24,523 nt of DNA from a virus (taxonomy: Duplodnaviria; Caudoviricetes). Positions 9,028 to 17,677 of the stretch are shown here, in pieces. The notes under the pieces are model-generated. The model was given only the letters and a program-made list of their open reading frames with translations. It ran no database searches and was not told the origin of the DNA. The position numbers and the translations under genes are program-made. The stretch spans positions 1-24,523 of the IMG/VR virus record IMGVR_UViG_3300003086_000082; one strand, written 5' to 3'. The first letter of the stretch is position 1. Every line of letters starts with the position of its first letter.

Positions 9028-10319
9028 ATATGAATGTGACTGAATTAATAAATAACGAATACCGAGATTACTCTAAATATGTTTTATATAGTAGAGCAAT
9101 CCCGAATATGATTGACGGTCTTAAACCGTCTCAACGTAAGATACTATATACGGCATTAAAGACAGCAAAGAATGCTCGTATCAAAACTGCTTCATTGAGT
9201 GGTAATACAATCTCACAAGGTAATTATCATCATGGTGATGCCTCGTTGAATGAAGCAATTACGAAAATGGTTCAACCGTTTGCTAATAACCTACCACTGC
9301 TTGCTGGTGAGGGTTCTTTTGGTTCTAGATTAGTTCCAGAAGCTGCAGCCGCACGATATACATATGTTAGAACTCATAAGAACTTTGAGACGTATTTTGC
9401 GGATACAATGGTTGCTGATAAGTCGGGGGACTTAGAAGACCCAGAACCTGCATTCTATTTACCTATTATCCCTTGGGTATTAGTTAATGGAATTAAAGGT
9501 ATTGCTGTTGGGTTCGCAACTGAAATACAACCGCACAACCCTAAGCAACTTGCTAAGTTATGTACTGCCCATTTACAGGGTAAGGACATATCAAAACGTA
9601 AGTTGTTGCCGTCATTCCCTGGATTCAAAGGTAAGATTGAAGAGGAAAACGGTAGTGCATTTTGTACTGGAAAATTTAGTTTAAAGGGGCAAACTAAATT
9701 ACAAATCACAGAAGTACCAATTGGATTCACTAGAGAATCTTATGTGATACTTCTTGATAAACTTGAGTCTGAAAGTAAAATCGTGTCTTACATTGATAAG
9801 TGTGATGCATCAGGTTTTAAATTTGATATAACCCTGAAACGTACTAAATCGTTGACGGATAATCAAATTATTACTACATTCAAGTTAAAGAAAAAGTTAA
9901 ATCAAAACTTAACCGTTATTAATCAGGATGGTCAATTAAAGGTTTATAATAATTCGTTAGATATTATTAAAGACTTTGTTGATTATCGTGTGACAAAATA
10001 TGCCGACCGTTATGTGTGGTTGTTAAACCAAGCAAACGAGGAATTGGATGTAATCTTAGCAAAGGTTAAATTCATTGAAATGGTATTGAATGGTGACCTT
10101 GATTTTTCTAATAAAAATAAACAACAAATCAGGGACGACCTGTCGAATGACTTCGACTCTGATATAATAGATATATTAATTAGGATGCCTATTTACTCAT
10201 TATGTCAAGATGAACTTGACAAACTGAAGGAACAAGGTATTACAGTTTGTGGTAAAATTACAGAGTGGAAAGCAATTGATGCTACCGAACAATTTATCAA
10301 GGAATTAAAGGTAATTTAA
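9024..10319 (+). CDS. gp52: Type II topoisomerase medium subunit
   Basis: RAIPNMIDGLKPSQRK; YHHGD; catalytic AAARY; LVNGIKGIAVGF. Start may be 9012, 9024 or 9030. Confidence 0.95.
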   Translation: MNMNVTELINNEYRDYSKYVLYSRAIPNMIDGLKPSQRKILYTALKTAKNARIKTASLSGNTISQGNYHHGDASLNEAITKMVQPFANNLPLLAGEGSFGSRLVPEAAAARYTYVRTHKNFETYFADTMVADKSGDLEDPEPAFYLPIIPWVLVNGIKGIAVGFATEIQPHNPKQLAKLCTAHLQGKDISKRKLLPSFPGFKGKIEEENGSAFCTGKFSLKGQTKLQITEVPIGFTRESYVILLDKLESESKIVSYIDKCDASGFKFDITLKRTKSLTDNQIITTFKLKKKLNQNLTVINQDGQLKVYNNSLDIIKDFVDYRVTKYADRYVWLLNQANEELDVILAKVKFIEMVLNGDLDFSNKNKQQIRDDLSNDFDSDIIDILIRMPIYSLCQDELDKLKEQGITVCGKITEWKAIDATEQFIKELKVI

Positions 10320-10520
10320 ATGGAATTTTTAGACGAGATACCTGAAGAAGAACAGACAACTAAAACGCAAATTAAAACTAAAGAACCCACTGAAGGATTC
10401 GGACTTGAAATTGGTTCGTTGACTTTTTACATGGGTGAAGTAGAACTTGAAATAAAGGATGTGAGGATAAAAGATATGGATGAATTTAAACAATTATTAT
10501 TTGAGGTATTATCACAATGA
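10320..10520 (+). CDS. Acidic hypothetical protein
   Basis: Abuts gp52 stop; overlaps rnh start (ATGA). Confidence 0.6.
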   Translation: MEFLDEIPEEEQTTKTQIKTKEPTEGFGLEIGSLTFYMGEVELEIKDVRIKDMDEFKQLLFEVLSQ

Positions 10521-11365
10521 TACTCGTAGATTTTAGTCAACTGATGGTTGGTGGGTTAATGGCACATGCCAAAACACAAAGTGATGTAAGTGAGGACTTA
10601 TTACGACATATGGTACTTAATACATTAAGGTCATATAGGAAACAATATAAGAAAACGTATGGTGAGTTGATATTATGTATTGACTCTAGACATTACTGGA
10701 GACGTGATGTATTCCCTAACTATAAACATGCTAGGAAGAAAGCACGTGAGGACTCTAAGTTTGATTGGCCAATTATCTTTAAATGGTTTGATAAAATCAA
10801 GGCAGAACTTAAAGAACACTTTCCGTATAAAATGATTGATGTTATGGCTGCTGAGGCAGATGACGTGATTGGTGTGTTATCTAAGTATAAACATATGGAA
10901 GAAAAGATACTAATTCTATCAAGTGATAAGGACTTTATTCAATTACATAAGTACAAGAACGTTAAGCAGTATTCTCCTATGCAAAGAAAGTGGGTAAGGC
11001 ATATTGACCCAGTTGGTTATGCTAAAGAACATATTATTCGTGGTGACCACGGTGATGGTATTCCTAACTTTTTAAGTGGTGATGATTTCCTTGTTGAAGG
11101 AATTAGACAACATCCTATTGCTAAGAAGAAAGTTGCTGTATGGTTGACTCAAACCCCTGAAGAGATTTGTGAGGGTAATGAAGAGATGATGGAAAGGTGG
11201 CAAAGGAATGAGTTATTAACTCAATTTGATAAAGTGCCTGAGTTGTTACAAAATGATATTCTAAATGCATTTAAGAAAGAACCAAAAGGTGCTAGAAAGA
11301 AACTATATAACTACTTCGTAATGAATAAGTTACAAAACCTAATGGATGTTATAGGAGATTTTTAA
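10517..11365 (+). CDS. rnh: T4-like RNase H (5'-3' exonuclease, FEN family)
   Basis: ILVDFSQ; YWRRDVFPNYKHAR; EADDVIG; SSDKDFIQL; GDHGDGIPN. Confidence 0.95.
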   Translation: MILVDFSQLMVGGLMAHAKTQSDVSEDLLRHMVLNTLRSYRKQYKKTYGELILCIDSRHYWRRDVFPNYKHARKKAREDSKFDWPIIFKWFDKIKAELKEHFPYKMIDVMAAEADDVIGVLSKYKHMEEKILILSSDKDFIQLHKYKNVKQYSPMQRKWVRHIDPVGYAKEHIIRGDHGDGIPNFLSGDDFLVEGIRQHPIAKKKVAVWLTQTPEEICEGNEEMMERWQRNELLTQFDKVPELLQNDILNAFKKEPKGARKKLYNYFVMNKLQNLMDVIGDF

Positions 11366-11508
11366 TGAAATACGTAGTACCAACAGAACTTGAGCAAATG
11401 TCAGCATCTGAAGCAAATGAAGTTTTAATTGCCTTACAACGCAGAGTGAAGTTACACGAAGAAAGAATTGCTAAATTAGAGTCTAGGTGGGATGGAGAGA
11501 AAGTATGA
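11365..11508 (+). CDS. Small coiled-coil hypothetical protein, 47 aa (not in ORF track)
   Basis: AGGAG RBS; TAATG coupling to rnh; MKYVVPTELEQMSASEANEVLIALQRRVKLHEERIAKLESRWDGEKV; ATGA coupling to the next gene. Confidence 0.65.
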   Translation: MKYVVPTELEQMSASEANEVLIALQRRVKLHEERIAKLESRWDGEKV

Positions 11509-11684
11509 GATATGATTACAAATGCAAGGAGTGTGAACATGAATTTATATTCGAACGTCACAACTCTGAATCTAGTCTTCCAGCAGACTGCCCTGAGTGT
11601 GGAGTTAAAGATGCAGGCAAAAGGGTTATAGGAACACCATTCTTTATAACTGCTGGTGGTGGGCATAAAAATAAAATAAGGTAA
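11505..11684 (+). CDS. FmdB-like zinc-ribbon protein
   Basis: MRYDYKCKECEHEF...CPECG...RVIG; start moved to ATG 11505. Confidence 0.8.
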   Translation: MRYDYKCKECEHEFIFERHNSESSLPADCPECGVKDAGKRVIGTPFFITAGGGHKNKIR

Positions 11685-11688
11685 TATT

Positions 11689-11880
11689 ATGAAAACACTT
11701 AAAGAGAAAGCACTTGAGTCAATTATTATAGATCTAGAAGGACGATTATCAGAGGTTCAACATAAGTACGATGCCCTTGTAGGTAAGATTAAAAAGGATG
11801 CGAATAACAAACGCAATGTAGATGATGGCGATGCCTTTCTAACTAATTATGGTAGCAGAGGACATGGTTTTTGGGAGTAA
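11689..11880 (+). CDS. Hypothetical coiled-coil protein
   Basis: TAAGG RBS; fills the gap before ligase. Confidence 0.6.
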   Translation: MKTLKEKALESIIIDLEGRLSEVQHKYDALVGKIKKDANNKRNVDDGDAFLTNYGSRGHGFWE

Positions 11881-11882
11881 AA

Positions 11883-13220
11883 ATGAAAGTAAGTGAAATA
11901 TTAACAGAATTACGAAGTGATAATAGTCGTTTGTTTAAAATAGATGTATTGGAACGCAATAAAGATAACGAATTGTTTCAAAGGGTTGCCAAGGCAGCTT
12001 TAGACCCATATACGCAATATTATATTAGGAAGATACCTGATTATCCATTCGTTAGTGATAAGTCAAAACAGAATTTAGAGTGGGGATTAGACAGTTTAAG
12101 TAAGTTATCATCTAGGGATGTAACAGGTAATGACGCAAAAGAGCATTTGATTGATACACTAATCAACCTATCAGAAGAGGATGCTGATATTATTAAATGT
12201 ATTATTGCTAAAGACTTGAAGTGTGGTGTTCATAAATCGACAGTCAATAAGGTATATGGTAAGGGGTTTATTGAAAAGTATCCATGTATGCTTGCCAGTT
12301 CTTATAATGAAAAGAATTTTAAACACATCAAATACCCTGCAATAGTACAACTTAAATCAGACGGTATGAGAGCAAACCTTATTATGAACCCAAATGGTAA
12401 TGTTGAAGTCCGTAGTAGAAATGGTAAGACTATTGATTTACATGGTCATTTTGATGAAATGGTTAGGGGTATATTTTATAAGAAACCCTCGTTGGAATCG
12501 TTAGACCAATTTAGGGGTGGTGTGATTGATGGTGAGTTAATTGTTCTTAGTGAAGATGGTGAAATACTTGACCGTAAAACTGGTAATGGTATTCTTAATA
12601 AGGCAGTTAAAGGTACTATTACAAAGGAAGATGCCAAACGTGTAAGGATGATTGCTTGGGATATGATACCACTTGAAGATTTCAAAGCATGCAAGTCAGA
12701 TATACCATATTTTGATAGATTAGACGTACTAAGACACAGAATGGATGAGGTTGTAGATACCTTTGAAGAAGTGTTGATTGTAATACAAGATACTACATTC
12801 GTTGATAACTTCGAGCAGGCAAATGAACTATTTAACGATGCATTAACTGCAGGTGAAGAGGGTGTTATCGTTAAGAATGGTGATGCTCCTTGGGAAGATA
12901 AACGTTCTAAATATCAAGTAAAGATGAAAGCAGAACTTGAAGCAGACTTATTAGTGACTGAATGGAACGAGGGTTCGGGTCGTATTGAGGGGTTAATGGG
13001 TAGTGTGACGTGTGTTACGAAAGACGGTAAGTTAGAAGTTAATGTCGGTTCGGGGTTCAATGATGAAGACCGTAAGATGAAACCTGAAGATATTGTCGGT
13101 AAGATTATTACAGTTAAGTACAATGAGATTATACAAGATAAGAATAAGAATAAGAAGTCATTATTCCTTCCTATCTTTGAAGAAATTAGATTAGATAAAA
13201 CAAAGGCGGATATATTATGA
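11883..13220 (+). CDS. gp30: ATP-dependent DNA ligase, T4 gp30-like
   Basis: Adenylation motif QLKSDGMR; DGEL; EGVIVKN; KRSK..KMK; VGSGF; SLFLPIF..IRLDK; GGGAG RBS before ATG 11883. Confidence 0.95.
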   Translation: MKVSEILTELRSDNSRLFKIDVLERNKDNELFQRVAKAALDPYTQYYIRKIPDYPFVSDKSKQNLEWGLDSLSKLSSRDVTGNDAKEHLIDTLINLSEEDADIIKCIIAKDLKCGVHKSTVNKVYGKGFIEKYPCMLASSYNEKNFKHIKYPAIVQLKSDGMRANLIMNPNGNVEVRSRNGKTIDLHGHFDEMVRGIFYKKPSLESLDQFRGGVIDGELIVLSEDGEILDRKTGNGILNKAVKGTITKEDAKRVRMIAWDMIPLEDFKACKSDIPYFDRLDVLRHRMDEVVDTFEEVLIVIQDTTFVDNFEQANELFNDALTAGEEGVIVKNGDAPWEDKRSKYQVKMKAELEADLLVTEWNEGSGRIEGLMGSVTCVTKDGKLEVNVGSGFNDEDRKMKPEDIVGKIITVKYNEIIQDKNKNKKSLFLPIFEEIRLDKTKADIL

Positions 13221-14182
13221 ATTATAAAGACAGTGGTGTAGATTTACACGAACAAGATATGTTTAATGCTAGATTGTGCCAAAAGATGCCGTGGTTAGGT
13301 GGATTTGCTGGAGCATTAGATATTGGTAACGATTACCTCGTATCATCTACTGACGGTGTTGGTACAAAGGTTAAATTATACGTACAAGCACAAGAAGAAG
13401 AGGGTGTGAGTATTAAAAATATTGGTATTGACTTGGTTGCTATGGTAATGAACGATATCGTTTGTTGTGGTGCCAAACCTCTATTTTTCAATGACTATTT
13501 AGCAGTAAATCAACTATCTCAAATAGACGCATTAGGGTTGATTGAAGGAATTAATGAGGGGTTAAAACAGTGTGGTGATAACGTTCCTCTACTTGGTGGT
13601 GAGACTGCTATTATGACTGATATGTACAAGGAAGGAGATTTTGATATTGCTGGATTTGGTGTTGGTGCTTGCCCTAAAGATGATTTTATTGATGGTAGTG
13701 GTATTGTAGATGGTGATGTGATGATTGGTTTAAAGTCAGACGGATTTCATTCTAACGGTTATACACTTATTCGTAAGGTGATAGAGAGTGAAGATACAGA
13801 AGATATACCGTTCTCTGATTTGCTTAGACCTACTAAAATATATGTTAAACCTGTCCTTGAAGTAGTAAATAAACATAAAGGTAAAGTACATGGCATTGCC
13901 CATATCACTGGTGGTGGTCGTTCTAATGTTGATAGACTACTCGGTGAGGATATCAACCTAAGACCTGTATGGTTTGAAAATCAAACACTGACTGAGGAAA
14001 TGGAATGGATTAAGATGTCTGGTCAGATTGATGATATTGAATTCCGTAAGGTATTTAATAATGGAATTGGTATGGTATTAATTGTTGATAGGGAAGAATA
14101 CCCAATGATACAAGATACCCTAGACGGGTTAGACGTTGAGCACGTTGAAATAGGTGCTATTGGTTCACGGATACAAAACTAA
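13217..14182 (+). CDS. purM: Phosphoribosylformylglycinamidine cyclo-ligase (AIR synthetase)
   Basis: YKDSGVD; STDGVGTK; DLVAMVMNDIVCCGAKPLFFNDY; GGETA; GFHSNGY; AHITGGG; FNNGIG. Confidence 0.95.
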   Translation: MNYKDSGVDLHEQDMFNARLCQKMPWLGGFAGALDIGNDYLVSSTDGVGTKVKLYVQAQEEEGVSIKNIGIDLVAMVMNDIVCCGAKPLFFNDYLAVNQLSQIDALGLIEGINEGLKQCGDNVPLLGGETAIMTDMYKEGDFDIAGFGVGACPKDDFIDGSGIVDGDVMIGLKSDGFHSNGYTLIRKVIESEDTEDIPFSDLLRPTKIYVKPVLEVVNKHKGKVHGIAHITGGGRSNVDRLLGEDINLRPVWFENQTLTEEMEWIKMSGQIDDIEFRKVFNNGIGMVLIVDREEYPMIQDTLDGLDVEHVEIGAIGSRIQN

Positions 14183-14508
14183 TGAATATATTTGTAGACA
14201 TTGACGAAACTATTTGTACTGGAGGTTTTCCTTATAACTTTTGCGTACCAATTGAAGGAAGAATTAGAAAGATTAATAGACTATATGATGAGGGTAACAA
14301 TATAACATACTGGACTGCTAGGGGTGGTAGGAGTGGACATGACTTTACTCAAATAACAAAAACGCAATTAAACGTTTGGGGTGCTAAATACCACGAACTG
14401 CTTATGGGTGGTAAACCGTCCTTTGACCTATACATCTGTGATAAGTCTGTTAATGCTAATAGTTATTTCAGGGGTGTAGATAAGTTTACTCCGAACGCTT
14501 TAAAATAA
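14182..14508 (+). CDS. HAD-superfamily small hydrolase/phosphatase
   Basis: VDIDETIC motif I; YWTARG; KP..DLYICDK. Confidence 0.8.
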   Translation: MNIFVDIDETICTGGFPYNFCVPIEGRIRKINRLYDEGNNITYWTARGGRSGHDFTQITKTQLNVWGAKYHELLMGGKPSFDLYICDKSVNANSYFRGVDKFTPNALK

Positions 14509-14520
14509 ATGGTAAAAAAC

Positions 14521-14549
14521 TTTACTTATTGCAATTAGTATAGTATAAT
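14521..14549 (+). promoter_or_regulatory. Sigma70-type early promoter upstream of the porin-like gene
   Basis: TTTACT, 17 bp spacer, TATAAT (14544-14549). Confidence 0.8.
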
Positions 14550-14669
14550 ATAGGTATATGTACGAAAATTTAGTAGTATTTTAACTACTAACATTAGTAA
14601 AAATAACGTATATATATTAGTGGTTGATAATATTATCAAACCGTAATTTATTTAATTTAGGAATATAAG

Positions 14670-15536
14670 ATGAACAAGAAATATTTATTGGCAAGTTTAG
14701 TTGCCGCAACTTTTACTGCAAATGCTGTTGTAACCATGAGTGGTGATTATGAGGGAAAATTTACTGACGGATCTGGTGCTACTTATGCGCAAGACCTAGA
14801 CCTCACATTAGTTGGTTCAACTGCAGGTTCTAAAGTAACAGTTATGTTAGAAGATTTGACGGGTGGTACTGCTGTGACAACTAGCCAAGTATTTGTAGAA
14901 ACAAGTATTGAGGGCATTGGTTTGAAAGCAGGTAATTACAAGGGTCAAAATGGTGGTGGTTTACTACAAAGACAGACTGATGTAGCAAATCAATTTGAAA
15001 TTGCAGTAGATACAGGTTTTGCTGACGTTCATGTTGGTCAAGCATCAGGTGACGGTCATGCGACTGTAGACGTTTCTACAACCGTTGCTGGTTTTGGTCA
15101 TGTAAGTGTTCAAAACGTAAGTGCTACAGATCGTTTTGTTTCAGTTATTACTGAGTTCTTTGGTATTGGTGTAAATGCTGAAACGCAAAACACATCAGTT
15201 GGTCGTAATACTGCCGTGACTGCTAATGCTTTAATTGGTACGGAAAATGCCTTTTTTGAAGTGACTGGTATGGTTGTTGATGTTAATGACGCAACTGCTG
15301 TAACGCAAGATGATGGACTTCTTGGTGACATTTCAGACGCAGTAAATGGTAAAATTGTAACAGGTTTAGTCGTTGCTACTAACACGTTATATGGTACTGT
15401 AACTGGCAAACTTATTGATAAGAACGATAAGAATACATACGTTGCTGAAGTAGAGAAAGGTGTATTAACATTAGGATATGCTAAGACTGCAGACACAGAC
15501 GGTGTCGTTTCTGGTGAGATTAACATAGCATTTTAA
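14670..15536 (+). CDS. Outer-membrane beta-barrel (porin-like) protein
   Basis: Signal peptide ending ANA; Gly/Thr/Val/Asp-rich alternating strands; no Cys; C-terminal GEINIAF with terminal Phe (BAM beta-signal). Confidence 0.7.
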   Translation: MNKKYLLASLVAATFTANAVVTMSGDYEGKFTDGSGATYAQDLDLTLVGSTAGSKVTVMLEDLTGGTAVTTSQVFVETSIEGIGLKAGNYKGQNGGGLLQRQTDVANQFEIAVDTGFADVHVGQASGDGHATVDVSTTVAGFGHVSVQNVSATDRFVSVITEFFGIGVNAETQNTSVGRNTAVTANALIGTENAFFEVTGMVVDVNDATAVTQDDGLLGDISDAVNGKIVTGLVVATNTLYGTVTGKLIDKNDKNTYVAEVEKGVLTLGYAKTADTDGVVSGEINIAF

Positions 15537-15545
15537 TCTTAATTA

Positions 15546-15590
15546 GGGCATCGTAGACCTACTATAAACGTGGGTTTCTTTGCCCCTTTT
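15546..15590 (+). terminator. Long imperfect hairpin plus U-tract
   Basis: GGGCA/TGCCC outer stem; AGACCTAC/GTGGGTTT inner stem with G-U pairs; followed by CTTTT. Confidence 0.5.
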
Positions 15591-15690
15591 AAACTAAATC
15601 TATATAAGTATATTATAATATGTTTATATAAAGTAGTAAAGAGGTAATCCAACCCTCTATTAACGTTGGAAAATAATATAGGAGAATAAT

Positions 15691-16104
15691 ATGAAAAATA
15701 TTATCGCAGCATTAACAGTGCTTTTAACAGTAACATCAGCAAGTGCGTTCTTTAACGGAAACAATTCATGGGATAAACCATGGGGTAATAGTAATCAATA
15801 TCAAAATGATAACGGTTTCTTTGCTTATAACAGTTTTTCTTTCTTTGACCCACGTTGGTACTCAACTGAGTTTACTAACATGGTAAATGAGTTTGATGCT
15901 CCAGAGGTTCACTCTAAAGGTTATAAAGAAGACAACGGTATCTTTGCTTACAATGGCAATGATTTCTGGGATCCTCGTTGGTACTCACAAGAATTTACTA
16001 ACATGGTAAATGAAATTGATGATGAACGTAACACTCCAGCATACCAAAACCGCACGACTGTTAAAGACTTTCCAATTAACGATTTATTGACAATCAATAA
16101 ATAA
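15691..16104 (+). CDS. Secreted Asn/aromatic-rich protein with two internal repeats; candidate sulfur-globule-associated protein
   Basis: AGGAG RBS; signal peptide ending SASA then FFNGNNSWDKPWG; two DNGxFAYNxxxFxDPRWYSxEFTNMVNExD units; directly upstream of dsrA. Function is inferred. Confidence 0.55.
   Translation: MKNIIAALTVLLTVTSASAFFNGNNSWDKPWGNSNQYQNDNGFFAYNSFSFFDPRWYSTEFTNMVNEFDAPEVHSKGYKEDNGIFAYNGNDFWDPRWYSQEFTNMVNEIDDERNTPAYQNRTTVKDFPINDLLTINK
15808..16020 (+). repeat. Two 90-bp intragenic repeats (15808-15897 and 15931-16020)
   Basis: Shared DNA such as CGTTGGTACTCA and TTTACTAACATGGTAAATGA. Confidence 0.9.
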
Positions 16105-16126
16105 TATCTGGTAAGTAAGTAATACT

Positions 16127-16150
16127 AAGGAGTCGAAAGACTCCTTTTTT
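16127..16150 (+). terminator. Rho-independent terminator
   Basis: AAGGAGTC-GAAA-GACTCCTT followed by TTTT. Confidence 0.9.
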
Positions 16151-16218
16151 AGTATATTACTTTATAGTGTGTTGTGTATTACTTTAGGGGTATATTAGTG
16201 GTTTGATATATTAGGAAT

Positions 16219-16226
16219 TATAAATA
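16219..16226 (+). promoter_or_regulatory. T4-type late promoter upstream of dsrA
   Basis: Exact intergenic TATAAATA. Confidence 0.6.
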
Positions 16227-16239
16227 TACTAGATAAAAC

Positions 16240-16268
16240 TTGACTTTTATCAATTAGTATAGTATAAT
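16240..16268 (+). promoter_or_regulatory. Sigma70-type early promoter for the dsrA-isc-tusA-dsrC run
   Basis: TTGACT, 17 bp spacer, TATAAT (16263-16268). Confidence 0.85.
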
Positions 16269-16347
16269 AGTAAGATACGAAATAGCATAAATCCGAATGA
16301 TTAGCTGGTGCATCACAAATCCGTGTGACACAAAAGAAGAGAAATAT

Positions 16348-17658
16348 ATGAAAGATAGAGAATTGTACAACACTCCAAACCTTGATGAGTTGGAGAATGG
16401 TCCATGGCCTTCATTTGTAACTGGATTAAAACGGTTAGCATCTGATACCCATGACGGTGCTGATATGGCACGTGATGTACTTGGTACACTTGAAACGTCA
16501 TACGTGACTAAGAAAGGTTATTGGAAAGGTGGTACAGTTGGTGTAATTGGTTATGGTGGAGGAGTAATACCTCGATTTAATGAATTGAAGAATGAAGACG
16601 GAACTTATAAGTTCCCTGCAGCCGGAGAATTCCATACATTAAGGATTCAACCACCTGCAGGTATGCATTATACTTCTACTCTATTGCGTGACATGTGCGA
16701 TATGTTTGTTGATAATGGTGGTTCAGGTTTAATAGGGTTTCATGGGCAATCTGGAGATATTATGCTTCAGGGTGCTACTGAAGAAACTACCCAAACAATC
16801 TTTAATACATTTAATGATTATGGATTTGATATGGGTGGTGCTGGACCAGCAGTAAGAACTGGTATGAGTTGTGTTGGAGCATCACGTTGCGAAATGAGTA
16901 ATGTGAATGAACAAGCAGTATTAAGAACGTTGGTTAATGCATTCTTAGATGATATGCATAGACCAGCATTACCTTATAAGATGAAATTTAAGGTTTCTGG
17001 TTGTTCTAATGATTGTATGAATTCGGTACAACGTGCTGACTTTGCAACTATTGGTACTTGGCGAGATGATATTAAAATCAATCAAGACCTATGGAAAGCA
17101 ATGGTTGAAGATAAGGGTGAGCAATATGTAGTAGAGAATATTACAGGTCGTTGCCCTACTTCTGCTATGAAAATGGAAAGTGATAAGTCACTGACTATTG
17201 ATAATAAGAATTGTGTTAAATGTATGCATTGTTTAAATGTAACATCACCTTTAACTCATAAGTACATTGCTAAAGGTGATGTAGAACCTATTCTCGCACA
17301 AGGTGACGATAAAGGTGTTATGATTATTATGGGTGGTAAAAGAACACTAAAGATTGGTGACTTATTCGGTTCAGTAATTGTTCCATTCATGAAGATGGAT
17401 ACTGCCGAAGATTTTGAAGCAATTGAAGAATTGGCGAGTGAAGTAGTAGACTTCTTTGCCGAAAATGCATTGGAGCATGAACGTACTGGCGAGATGATTG
17501 AACGCATCGGATTAGTAAACTTCCTAGAAGGCGTTGGTGTAAATGTAGACCCAAACATGATTAACTCTACTCGTACATCTTCATACGTTCGTATGGATGA
17601 TTGGGATGAGGAAGCAGTTAAGTGGTTTGAAAACAAGAATGAGGCAAATGCCCATTAG
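16348..17658 (+). CDS. dsrA: Dissimilatory sulfite reductase alpha subunit, oxidative type, copy 1
   Basis: TPNLDELENGPWPSFV; WKGGTVGVIGYGGGVIPRF; FHTLRIQPPAG; siroheme/FeS CVGASRC...GCSNDC; ferredoxin domain CPT..CVKCMHC; ERTGEMIERIG. Start 16348 preferred over 16297. Confidence 0.95.
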   Translation: MKDRELYNTPNLDELENGPWPSFVTGLKRLASDTHDGADMARDVLGTLETSYVTKKGYWKGGTVGVIGYGGGVIPRFNELKNEDGTYKFPAAGEFHTLRIQPPAGMHYTSTLLRDMCDMFVDNGGSGLIGFHGQSGDIMLQGATEETTQTIFNTFNDYGFDMGGAGPAVRTGMSCVGASRCEMSNVNEQAVLRTLVNAFLDDMHRPALPYKMKFKVSGCSNDCMNSVQRADFATIGTWRDDIKINQDLWKAMVEDKGEQYVVENITGRCPTSAMKMESDKSLTIDNKNCVKCMHCLNVTSPLTHKYIAKGDVEPILAQGDDKGVMIIMGGKRTLKIGDLFGSVIVPFMKMDTAEDFEAIEELASEVVDFFAENALEHERTGEMIERIGLVNFLEGVGVNVDPNMINSTRTSSYVRMDDWDEEAVKWFENKNEANAH

Positions 17659-17677
17659 ATAATATTAATTAGGAGAA

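Noticed and set aside
13217-14508. purM and HAD hydrolase as novelties
   Set aside because: Both are common accessory genes of marine T4-like phages.
15603-15620. Promoter for the repeat-protein gene (TATAAGTA / TATAAT)
   Set aside because: Only a mismatched late box, or a -10 without a -35, in very AT-rich DNA; not supportable.
16313-16328. CRP site
   Set aside because: The half-sites are in the wrong order (TCACA-N6-TGTGA rather than TGTGA-N6-TCACA).
16297-16347. 17-aa N-terminal extension of DsrA copy 1
   Set aside because: Similarity to copy 2 begins at LYNTPNLDELE, ATG 16348 gives a normal N-terminus, and no SD precedes 16297.
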